Of a stretch of 46,530 bases of DNA, positions 9,458 to 17,050 are shown in pieces. The stretch is from Clostridia bacterium (GTDB lineage Bacteria; Bacillota; Clostridia; Oscillospirales; UBA644): assembly GCA_017441125.1 (NCBI GenBank), contig JAFSAH010000061.1, positions 1 to 46,530 on the forward strand, given 5' to 3'. Positions within the stretch are counted from its first letter, which is position 1. The number at the start of each line of letters is the position of its first letter. The notes below the pieces were generated by a model, which was given only the letters and a program-made list of their open reading frames with translations, was not told the DNA's origin and made no database searches. A program made the translations under genes and the position numbers.

Positions 9458-10987
9458 TTACATTAAAGGTGCAAATAAATTTAATATTCCGCGTACAAAG
9501 CGTTTGTACCAAGGCGTTTTTTTGCATTGTTCAAGAGTTATTTTTTTGCAGACTTCCAACGTTTTAAGAAAATCCTCTTTTATTTCGCTCACACATTTTG
9601 ATTTATAAAGCCATGTTGCGCACTCGAAATGGAGAAATAAGCTTCTGTAGTCCATATTTATTGTCCCGACAACACCGTATTTATCATCTGCTACGAAAGT
9701 TTTTGCATGGATAAATCCAGGAGTATATTCGTATATTTCTATTCCTGCAGATATCAGCTTTTCGTAATACGATCTCGTTACGGAATGAACATATTTTTTA
9801 TCGGGAATATGGGGAGTAATAATTTTTACATCAATGCCCGCTTTTGCCGCGGAACAAAGCGCCGTTACCATTGTATTGTCAATTATAAGATACGGAGTTG
9901 TGATGTAAATATAGTCAACTGCTTTATTTATTATATTCAGATATACCGTTTCACCAACAGGCTCCGAGTCCATGGGATTGTCGGAATAAGGCTGTATATA
10001 TCCTGAATTTTCATATTTTTCATGGGAAGTACCTTTGAAGTTTTTAATGTCCGTATGAGTCTTCTTCAAAAAATCCCACATTGTTAAAAACATGACGGTT
10101 AAGCTCCAAACGGCATCACCTTTTAAAAGTATTGCCGTGTCCTTCCAATGTCCGTGTTTTTCGTAAATATTGATGTATTCATCTGCAAGATTTATACCTC
10201 CCGTAAAGCCTACGTTGCCGTCTATCACACAGATTTTTCTATGATCTCGGTTGTTAAGCCTTACATCTAAAAACGGAACAAACGGATTGAAAACTGCGCA
10301 CTGTATACCCATTGCTTCGAGGGCTTTATCATATTTCAGCGGCAAAACTTCAAGACAGCCGAAAGAGTCAAGGATAACTCTTACATCTACGCCTTGAGAG
10401 GCTTTCTTTTTCAGTATTTCGAGAATGGTGTTCCACATAATACCTTCGCCGATTATGAAATATTCTAAAAAAATGAATTTTTCGGCTTTTTCAAGCTCTT
10501 CAAGCATCTTTTTGAATTTTATCTCTCCCGACGAAAGGTATTCTGTATAAGTGTTTTCATAGACGGGGAAATTTGCAAATTTTGAAATGTAGTTTGACTG
10601 TGTAAATGCAGTTTTGTCTTCATCCTTTAGTCTGTCCGCCGTTTTATTGTCTTTCAGATTCAGTGTTGCATAGGCGTCTTTAGAAATTCGAGTCATTTTG
10701 GCGATGGTTTTCTTTTTCAGTGTTTTTTGTCCAAAAAGAATATAAATTAAACTTCCGAAAACAGGAACTGCCGCCACGGGAATTATCCATGCGATTTTAT
10801 ATGCCGGATTGCTGTCGTCATTTGCGATTTTTATTGTAAAAAGAGTTCTGAGCAGAGCATCAAATACATAATAATAGGCAAAATAGTTGTTAAAATTCCA
10901 AACGATTATGAATAATATGGCCAACTGTATTGCAAAAAACAGTACCATGAGTATCGTTCGGCTGATTATCGGTTTAAACCTTTTCAT
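9458..10987 (-). CDS. cls: Cardiolipin synthase (PLD superfamily)
   Basis: 509 aa; two N-terminal TM helices; two HKD motifs (HRKICVIDG and HAKTFVADD). Confidence 0.93.
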   Translation of the reverse strand: MKRFKPIISRTILMVLFFAIQLAILFIIVWNFNNYFAYYYVFDALLRTLFTIKIANDDSNPAYKIAWIIPVAAVPVFGSLIYILFGQKTLKKKTIAKMTRISKDAYATLNLKDNKTADRLKDEDKTAFTQSNYISKFANFPVYENTYTEYLSSGEIKFKKMLEELEKAEKFIFLEYFIIGEGIMWNTILEILKKKASQGVDVRVILDSFGCLEVLPLKYDKALEAMGIQCAVFNPFVPFLDVRLNNRDHRKICVIDGNVGFTGGINLADEYINIYEKHGHWKDTAILLKGDAVWSLTVMFLTMWDFLKKTHTDIKNFKGTSHEKYENSGYIQPYSDNPMDSEPVGETVYLNIINKAVDYIYITTPYLIIDNTMVTALCSAAKAGIDVKIITPHIPDKKYVHSVTRSYYEKLISAGIEIYEYTPGFIHAKTFVADDKYGVVGTINMDYRSLFLHFECATWLYKSKCVSEIKEDFLKTLEVCKKITLEQCKKTPWYKRFVRGILNLFAPLM

Positions 10988-11010
10988 TTTATCTGTTTTA
11001 CTGACCTTTC

Positions 11011-11433
11011 TTAATTCTGACCGTCAAGATATCCTTGTAGCATTACAGCCGCTGCTGCAGAGTCTATTATTTGTCTTTGCTGTTTGGCGTTTTTACCCTT
11101 TTCGTGGAGTTTTTGAGCTGCAATGACCGTAGTGAATGCTTCACAAACAAATTCTGTTGGGATATCTGTTTTTTCTGTAAGAAGTGCATTGAATTCTCGT
11201 ACTTTCGCTTCCGTGTCTCCGGCTTTACCGTCGGTCCTCAGAGGGAGTCCGAGAATTATTTTTTTAATTTTATAATCAGCTATTAGCTTCAATATATCAT
11301 TGCAGAGATGTTCGTTTGTTTTCATCGGAATATGGGGCATCGGCGTTGCTATTTGTCCCAAAGGGTCACTTATTGCAATTCCGGTGCGTTTTGTTCCGTA
11401 GTCTATGGCAAGAATTCTGTCTTTCAGTTGCAT
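11011..11433 (-). CDS. ruvX: Putative pre-16S rRNA nuclease / Holliday junction resolvase-like YqgF
   Basis: 140 aa; ILAIDYGTKRTGIAISD N-terminal motif and LPLRTDG segment. It lies 23 nt upstream of cls on the same strand. Confidence 0.9.
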   Translation of the reverse strand: MQLKDRILAIDYGTKRTGIAISDPLGQIATPMPHIPMKTNEHLCNDILKLIADYKIKKIILGLPLRTDGKAGDTEAKVREFNALLTEKTDIPTEFVCEAFTTVIAAQKLHEKGKNAKQQRQIIDSAAAAVMLQGYLDGQN

Positions 11434-11528
11434 ATTTATCCGTACCTTTTTATATGTTTATATGTGTTGGTTAATTTAATGCCTATTTATGAGGGATTTT
11501 ATATCTATTATAAAATCAATTTGTTTTT

Positions 11529-11577
11529 TATGGGGCGCGGAGAAACTTCTTTCATTTGAAAAAAGTTTCCCCGCATA
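11529..11577. repeat. Second copy of the long hairpin element (stem 11537-11553 / 11558-11574, 15 of 17 positions paired, 4-nt loop)
   Basis: GCGGAGAAACTTCTTTC ATTT GAAAAAAGTTTCCCCGC, flanked by TATGGGG and CATA as in the 7339-7382 copy. Confidence 0.6.
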
Positions 11578-11665
11578 ATAAATTCATTTAAGGATATCCA
11601 AATAACCATGAACACTGTGATATGGTTTATAAGACATTCATTTATAACATTCTTTTCAAAATAGT

Positions 11666-11689
11666 ACTGATTCTCCCATAGAAGTCAGT
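11666..11689 (-). terminator. Candidate acpP terminator
   Basis: On the minus strand, ACTGA-C-TTCT ATGGG AGAA TCAGT forms 9 bp with one bulge. It is followed by ACTATTTTG and sits about 45 nt after the acpP stop. Confidence 0.4.
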
Positions 11690-11734
11690 TTGATAATTTT
11701 TTATCCTTTCGGAATAAAGTATGATTAATCTTTA

Positions 11735-11962
11735 TTATGCGTTTTCTTCTATGTAGTTTACCACATCTCCGATAGTTTTCATTTCCTGAGCCGCTTCATC
11801 CGGAATTGTAATATTGTATTGATCTTCGAGCATCATGAGCATGTCGACGATATCCAAAGAGTCCGCGCCAAGGTCTTCAAAGATATTTGTCGTAAGTTTA
11901 ACCTCGTTAACGTCAATGTCAAATTTTTCCGCAATGATTTCAGCGATCTTTTCAAAATACAT
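11735..11962 (-). CDS. acpP: Acyl carrier protein
   Basis: 75 aa; LGADSLDIVDMLMMLEDQY phosphopantetheine-attachment motif; GAAGGGAG RBS. Confidence 0.9.
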   Translation of the reverse strand: MYFEKIAEIIAEKFDIDVNEVKLTTNIFEDLGADSLDIVDMLMMLEDQYNITIPDEAAQEMKTIGDVVNYIEENA

Positions 11963-12080
11963 AAGTATTCTCCCTTCTGCCCCGATAGGGCAAGCAAATA
12001 TTAAAATTAGATTTTTTGTTTTTTATTGTATATTGCATTTCATAAAGATTTATGGTACAATATATCTGTAATTATATTAT

Positions 12081-12109
12081 ATTATATTATGAATAATCGA
12101 GTTTGTCAA
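12081..12109 (-). promoter_or_regulatory. Consensus sigma-A promoter (-35 TTGACA 12104-12109, 17-nt spacer, -10 TATAAT 12081-12086)
   Basis: Both hexamers are perfect and the spacer is optimal on the minus strand. The predicted acpP 5' UTR is about 110 nt. Confidence 0.65.
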
Positions 12110-12156
12110 GATGTTTAGCTAAAAAAATTGATGTTTTTTTCTGTTGTTTATTTTTG

Positions 12157-12843
12157 TCATTCTTCGCTCTTATTTTTAGGCAAATTTCCGCAAAGAGTAT
12201 ATACAGTTCTTTCAACCGCGTCTCTGCTGTTTTTCCAATCTTCTTTTGCGAAGCGGTAGTCGAATTTTTTGCAGAACCAGTCAATGTCTCCTTTAAGTTC
12301 TTCAAGGTATCTCATTTCAAGAGTGTCAAGCTCTTCAGTGAAAATCTTGAATTCTTTTTTTGAAAGATTTTTTGAGCCGTAGTAAAGGAGTTCTTTATAA
12401 TGAGGTAAGCAAAAAAGCTTTTGCTTTAAAAACAGATCGTGGAATTTGGAGTCTTTTTTATATAAGTGGAAAAAGTTTGAATATATGCTGTCCATATTGG
12501 CCTTTATTCTTCGGCATATGTAGCAGTCCTTTTCAAGCTTGTCGAGCCTTTTTATTTGATGTTCTCCGTTTTTTCCTTTTATGTCTTTAAACAGCTCTTC
12601 AAGATGACTTTGGAAAAGGAGCGCAACGGGAAGTTTTTTCTTTACCTGTGTGATTTGAAATAAATGTTTCTCACAGAAACCTTCTTTATTTGTTTGGATC
12701 CTGACAGAAGGTTCCATCATGGAAGCACCGGTAATTGTCTCCACCTCATTGCGTTCCATCATTTCAAAGAGGGAGCATAGGGGGCATGATTCAAGTTTTC
12801 CGAAATGTTCGTTAAGAGGTATTGTGTAAATGTGTTCGGCCAT
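12157..12843 (-). CDS. Hypothetical protein with duplicated CxxC-N33/34-CxxH module (resembles the DUF6062 family from memory, unverified)
   Basis: 228 aa; AAAGGA RBS 9 nt upstream. C20xxC23...C57xxH60 and C107xxC110...C145xxH148 were read from the translation. Confidence 0.65.
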   Translation of the reverse strand: MAEHIYTIPLNEHFGKLESCPLCSLFEMMERNEVETITGASMMEPSVRIQTNKEGFCEKHLFQITQVKKKLPVALLFQSHLEELFKDIKGKNGEHQIKRLDKLEKDCYICRRIKANMDSIYSNFFHLYKKDSKFHDLFLKQKLFCLPHYKELLYYGSKNLSKKEFKIFTEELDTLEMRYLEELKGDIDWFCKKFDYRFAKEDWKNSRDAVERTVYTLCGNLPKNKSEE

Positions 12844-12860
12844 TGTGTTGATCCTTTCAT

Positions 12861-13868
12861 TTATATATCAATGAATTCTCTGTATCTTGGCAAAATTCCG
12901 ATTCCGTCGGGGAAATGTGCCGCAAATTGAGGTATCGCGTGGGAGGGGAAAGAGTTTCCTTCAATGAACAAAGGTCCGTCCTCAGTTATTGCAACATCCC
13001 ATGCGATATATTTCATTTCCGGGACTTTTTTTGAAGAGTCCATGCACATTTTTTTAGCCTCTTCAAAGTAAGGAATTTGGAAACCTATAAATTCAATACC
13101 GCTTTCGGGGTGCTTTTCATATACATTGCCTTTTTTGTCTGCACCGTTGGCTGAAATTTTTCCTGTTTCCAAATCAATGGGACAAGCCATACCTCCACAG
13201 TCAACATTATCCATATCTGTTCCGTTTTGACCGATTCTGATATATGCGTATACGATTCCGTATTTTTTGGAGCCGTTAAGAGTTACTATTCTGATAGTAT
13301 TTACCGACGAGGCGTTTATTTTATTTATTTCACTGTGTTGGATTACCACTTCTTCAATGATTCCCGTTCCCAATTCCTTTAATTTGCCGTAAAAATCCGA
13401 ATCATTCTCGTAATCTGTTCTTTTATATTTTTTTATGCCTCTTCCGCTTGAACCGTCAATGGGTTTAACGATGATGTCGTTTTTATCCTTGAGCCATTCG
13501 TTAAATTCTTCCTTTGTTCCTGTTGTCATGTCGAACCAACCGCGTTTGATGTGCTCTGCAAACAATGTGTTGAATTCGGCTTTATTGTCAAAGTAGTGCC
13601 AAAACTCACGAGGATTGCACATCGCAACGATCCGGTTTGAAATTCCTCTTGTTATGGTGGTTTCTCTTTGTTCGGGAGAAAGCTTGTACATTTGAGCTAT
13701 TTTGTAGTCCATGTATCCTGCGTTATATTTTGCGGCACAGTTGAACATATCTGCAAGTATAGCAAGCGTGCTCTTTCCTGTTTTGACGTGTATCTCTTTT
13801 GCGGTTTCAAGCATTTTGTCGTAATGCATATATCGCATTCTTTTGATCATATAAGATATTTTACTCAT
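12861..13868 (-). CDS. ATP-grasp domain protein (resembles the sugar-transfer-associated ATPgrasp_ST family from memory)
   Basis: ATG at 13868 lies 6 nt after GGAG; the TTG at 13880 overlaps the RBS. ATP-grasp hallmarks: IIVKPIDGSSGRGIKKY, IIEEVVIQH, IAWDVAITEDGPLFIEGNSFP. Confidence 0.75.
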   Translation of the reverse strand: MSKISYMIKRMRYMHYDKMLETAKEIHVKTGKSTLAILADMFNCAAKYNAGYMDYKIAQMYKLSPEQRETTITRGISNRIVAMCNPREFWHYFDNKAEFNTLFAEHIKRGWFDMTTGTKEEFNEWLKDKNDIIVKPIDGSSGRGIKKYKRTDYENDSDFYGKLKELGTGIIEEVVIQHSEINKINASSVNTIRIVTLNGSKKYGIVYAYIRIGQNGTDMDNVDCGGMACPIDLETGKISANGADKKGNVYEKHPESGIEFIGFQIPYFEEAKKMCMDSSKKVPEMKYIAWDVAITEDGPLFIEGNSFPSHAIPQFAAHFPDGIGILPRYREFIDI

Positions 13869-13954
13869 TATTTTCTCCAATATATTATACTGAATTTTTT
13901 ATATCTATATTATATACTATTTTTTGCAAAAAGAAAAGGGGTTTTTGAAATTTT

Positions 13955-14803
13955 ATGAAAATTACAGATAAAGGTTCAAAGAAAATTCTAATTGATGACT
14001 GTAATATAAGTTTGAAAGACACTTTTGACTGCGGTCAGTGCTTCCGTTGGGGCTTTGACGGCGAAGGCTGGGTCGGAGTTGTGGGCAAAAGAGCTGTGAG
14101 ATGTGTTCAGCAAGATAACGGTTTTATTATCGAAAACGCAACCGTTGAAGATGTTGAAAAGTTTTGGATTAAATACTTTGATCTTGAAAAAGATTACGGG
14201 AAAGTTGTTGAAAATTTTAAAGATGACAGTTATCTGAATGCGGCTGCCGATTACGGTAAGGGAATAAGAATTCTCCGTCAGGAGCCCCTTGAAACCATAA
14301 TATCTTTTATTATTTCGTCAAATAATAATATTAAGAGGATTAAAGGTATAATTGACCGCTTTTGTCAGGCTTACGGAAAATCTCTCGGTAATCCTTTTGG
14401 GGAAGAGCTGTATGCGTTCCCCGATTACGAGGATATTAAAAAGATCACATTTGACGGGCTTACTCCTTTACGGGCAGGCTTTCGGCAGAAATACATAATG
14501 GACGCAGTAGATAAAATACGCCGCGGAATACTTGTCCCCGAAGCTCTTTGCGAAATGTCAACGGCAGATGCAGGGCAGTCCCTTATGTCAATAAAAGGCG
14601 TGGGAAATAAAGTCAGTGACTGTATTCTTTTGTTCGCTTACGGGAGACACGAGGTGTTCCCGAAAGACGTTTGGATCAAGAGAGTTATTTCCGACGTTTA
14701 CGGAGATGACTGTTACGTGTCGAATTTCGGAGCAAATGCGGGGATAATTCAACAATATCTGTTCCATTACGCAAGAAATCATGGTACGGATCTTCCAAAA
14801 TAG
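13955..14803 (+). CDS. ogg: 8-oxoguanine DNA glycosylase / AP lyase (Ogg, HhH-GPD superfamily)
   Basis: 282 aa; FDCGQCFRW N-terminal motif; helix-hairpin-helix IKGVGNKVSDCILLFAY; downstream FPKDVW. Confidence 0.85.
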   Translation: MKITDKGSKKILIDDCNISLKDTFDCGQCFRWGFDGEGWVGVVGKRAVRCVQQDNGFIIENATVEDVEKFWIKYFDLEKDYGKVVENFKDDSYLNAAADYGKGIRILRQEPLETIISFIISSNNNIKRIKGIIDRFCQAYGKSLGNPFGEELYAFPDYEDIKKITFDGLTPLRAGFRQKYIMDAVDKIRRGILVPEALCEMSTADAGQSLMSIKGVGNKVSDCILLFAYGRHEVFPKDVWIKRVISDVYGDDCYVSNFGANAGIIQQYLFHYARNHGTDLPK

Positions 14804-14853
14804 GCTTTTACCTTTATTATAATAAAGAAGTTTTAACAATTTGGTGTATATAC

Positions 14854-14882
14854 TTGATTTTATTGCTTTTTTGCTGTATAAT
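14854..14882 (+). promoter_or_regulatory. Sigma-A promoter upstream of galK (-35 TTGATT, 17-nt spacer, -10 TATAAT)
   Basis: TTGATT at 14854-14859 and TATAAT at 14877-14882, about 50 nt upstream of the galK ATG. Confidence 0.6.
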
Positions 14883-14933
14883 ATAAAATAGTCAAAAATA
14901 AAGAATTATTTACCGAATATCGGGAGGATTTTC

Positions 14934-16121
14934 ATGAAAAGTGAATTGATTAAACAGTTTACCGAAATATATGGCGGCGACAGCAGTGATGTTCGTTTGT
15001 TTTCATCACCCGGCCGTGTTAACCTTATTGGTGAACATACAGACTACAACGGCGGCTTTGTTTTTCCTGCGGCTCTTTTGCAGGCATCTACAATTGCTGT
15101 AAGAAAGACGGATTCCGGCAAAATCAGAGTTGCGGCAACAGATCTTCCTGACAGGGTAGAACTCGATATCGATAAACTTGCTGATTATAAGGATCTTAAA
15201 TGGGGCAACTATCAGGCAGGCGTAGCTTATGTTCTCCAACAGGAAGGTTATGAGATCGTTTCCTGCGATATCCTTTATCATGATACAGTTCCTTTTGGCG
15301 CAGGTCTTTCAAGCTCCGCTGCAATTGAAGTTGTTATGGCTACAATGCTTGCAACATTCTCCAATGAAGCAAAGGGCATTACAAAGGCCGTTGATATGAT
15401 CGAAATGGCTAAGCTTTCCCAGAAAGCAGAAAACGTATACTGCGGCGTAAACTGCGGTATCATGGACCAGTTTGCTTCCGCTATGGGCAGACAGAACCAT
15501 GCAATTTTCCTTGATTGCAAAGACCTCAGCTTTAAATACGTACCTCTTAACCTTACGGGCTATAAGATCGTTATCGGAAATACAAACAAGAAGAGATCTC
15601 TTGCTGATTCCAAGTATAACGAGCGCAGGGCGCAGTGCGAAGAGGCTCTTGAACAGCTTAAGATCGCTTATCCCGAAGCTGAATGTCTCCGTGATATTAC
15701 AGTTGAACAGTTTGAAGACAGCAAGATGCTCATTCAGGACGATGTTTGCCGTATGAGAGCAGAACACGTTATTTATGAATGTGACAGAGTTCTTAATTCC
15801 GTTAAGGCTCTTAACGACGGAGATCTTCTCGCCTTTGGCCGTATGATGACTGCTTCTCATATTTCACTCCGTGACCTTTATGAGGTTACAGGACTTAACC
15901 TTGACGTTATGGTTGAGGAAAGCCTTAAGATCGACGGCTGTATCGGTTCAAGAATGACAGGCGCAGGCTTCGGCGGATGTACCGTAAGTATCGTTGAAGA
16001 GGCTGCTGTTCCCAACTTCATTGAAACTGTCGGAAAGAATTATACCGAAAGAACAGGTCTTGTTCCCGCGTTCTATATTTCCGAAGCAGGTGCCGGCGGC
16101 AGAGAAATCTTTGTTGACTAA
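14934..16121 (+). CDS. galK: Galactokinase
   Basis: 395 aa; GGGAGG RBS; galactokinase signature GRVNLIGEHTDYNGG; GHMP motif PFGAGLSSSAA. Confidence 0.95.
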   Translation: MKSELIKQFTEIYGGDSSDVRLFSSPGRVNLIGEHTDYNGGFVFPAALLQASTIAVRKTDSGKIRVAATDLPDRVELDIDKLADYKDLKWGNYQAGVAYVLQQEGYEIVSCDILYHDTVPFGAGLSSSAAIEVVMATMLATFSNEAKGITKAVDMIEMAKLSQKAENVYCGVNCGIMDQFASAMGRQNHAIFLDCKDLSFKYVPLNLTGYKIVIGNTNKKRSLADSKYNERRAQCEEALEQLKIAYPEAECLRDITVEQFEDSKMLIQDDVCRMRAEHVIYECDRVLNSVKALNDGDLLAFGRMMTASHISLRDLYEVTGLNLDVMVEESLKIDGCIGSRMTGAGFGGCTVSIVEEAAVPNFIETVGKNYTERTGLVPAFYISEAGAGGREIFVD

Positions 16122-16204
16122 GCCTTAAAATGTGAAATAAAGGCGTTTCGGCAGAAAATATTGCTGTAAAAAATGTCTTTTGAGTAAAATTTTTGATCAA
16201 CCTA

Positions 16205-16232
16205 TTGACATTTTATCTATTTGTGGTATAAT
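16205..16232 (+). promoter_or_regulatory. Sigma-A promoter for yceD-rpmF (-35 TTGACA, 16-nt spacer, extended -10 TGGTATAAT)
   Basis: TTGACA at 16205-16210 and TGGTATAAT at 16224-16232. Confidence 0.65.
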
Positions 16233-16273
16233 TAGAAGGCTACAGTATTTTTGCTGTAGGGATAGGAATAAAT

Positions 16274-16708
16274 ATGCTTATAGATATTTCCAGAATTAAA
16301 AGCAGTACGGGCGACGTGCTCGTTATTGATGAGACTCTTGATATTTCGGAGCTTGACCCTGCATTTTCGGATGTTAAGGTTGAGGGTAAGATAAAAAATA
16401 TAGCAGGGGTTCTTACAATAAAAGCTGTTATAAGCGGTACTTATACTTCAGTATGCGACCGCTGTATGGAAGATGCACCAGTTAAGCTTGAATCAACCTT
16501 GGATACGATTTTTGATTTGAATGAGGCTAAAGATGACAGCCTTACTCTTGAAAACGGTAAGATAAATCTTGACAGAACTGCTTACGATGCGTTGTCCCTT
16601 GAAATTCCCATGGTTCTTCTTTGCAAAGAGGACTGTAAGGGAATATGTCCCAATTGCGGTGTCAATCTCAATTTTGAAGAATGCCATTGCGAAGAGGAAA
16701 ATAATTGA
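16274..16708 (+). CDS. yceD: YceD/DUF177 family protein (large-subunit rRNA accumulation protein)
   Basis: 144 aa; C-terminal CKEDCKGICPNCGVNLN...CHC metal-binding motif; the conserved position directly upstream of rpmF. Confidence 0.85.
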   Translation: MLIDISRIKSSTGDVLVIDETLDISELDPAFSDVKVEGKIKNIAGVLTIKAVISGTYTSVCDRCMEDAPVKLESTLDTIFDLNEAKDDSLTLENGKINLDRTAYDALSLEIPMVLLCKEDCKGICPNCGVNLNFEECHCEEENN

Positions 16709-16759
16709 GTTCAATAATATATTGAAATAGAGTTTATCTATATATAGGAGGTGCTTACA

Positions 16760-16954
16760 GTGATAGCTCCGAAGAGAAGAATTTCCAAACAGAGAAAACA
16801 TAAGAGACGTTCCAGCGTGTGGAAGCTTGACATGCCCGGCATGGTTAAATGCTCACATTGCGGTGAATTCCACCTTTCCCACAGAGTTTGCGCTCATTGC
16901 GGTTACTACAACGGCAAAGAAGTGATAAAGGTAGAGGCAGAAGCTAACGCTTAA
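16760..16954 (+). CDS. rpmF: 50S ribosomal protein L32
   Basis: GTG at 16760 lies 8 nt after AGGAGG; the GTG at 16751 overlaps the RBS. The protein begins (M)[16 protein letters not shown] and has a CxxC...CxxC zinc ribbon. Confidence 0.9.
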   Translation: MIAPKRRISKQRKHKRRSSVWKLDMPGMVKCSHCGEFHLSHRVCAHCGYYNGKEVIKVEAEANA

Positions 16955-16966
16955 TCTTTATGAAAT

Positions 16967-16999
16967 ACGGTTATGAGATGGGAGAATCGTTTATTTTAG
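16967..16999 (+). terminator. Weak candidate terminator after rpmF
   Basis: ACGGTT / AATCGT forms a 6-bp stem (one G-U) with a 12-nt loop, followed by TTATTTTAG. Confidence 0.3.
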
Positions 17000-17050
17000 A
17001 AAATACACGGTTCGCCCGTCTATTCTGCGTATTGAGATTTGAGGCTTTAT

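Noticed and set aside
11608-11664. An 18-codon ORF (MNTVIWFIRHSFITFFSK) in the acpP-ruvX spacer, considered as a small hydrophobic or toxic peptide.
   Set aside because: The AAGGA is 13 nt from the ATG. No antisense partner or promoter is evident, and an ORF of this length is expected by chance in AT-rich spacers.
11735-11962. acpP considered as a dedicated carrier protein for the neighbouring ATP-grasp / CxxC-CxxH pair.
   Set aside because: acpP has its own perfect consensus promoter and a 194-nt gap from the pair. Its sequence looks like housekeeping AcpP (LGADSLD..., TIGDVVNYIE). The linkage is probably only positional.
12071-12090. The (ATTAT)x4 tandem repeat in the acpP promoter considered as a phase-variation switch.
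   Set aside because: Changing the repeat number would not alter the 17-nt spacing between TTGACA and the proximal TATAAT. No on/off mechanism follows from that.
15309-15860. Long antisense ORFs in the six-frame track. Examples: 183 aa opposite galK, 200 aa at 18833-19435 opposite der, 185 aa at 28896-29453 opposite yybS, 150 aa at 3706-4158, and 134 aa at 17759-18163.
   Set aside because: Each lies fully inside a gene on the other strand, mostly genes with strong family motifs. They lack RBSs and have odd, low-complexity or Arg/Ser/Cys-rich compositions. These are typical shadow ORFs.
14934-16121. Orphan galK (no galT or galE nearby) considered as horizontally acquired.
   Set aside because: Base composition and codon style look the same as the flanking housekeeping genes. 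No mobile-element remnants or repeats flank it.
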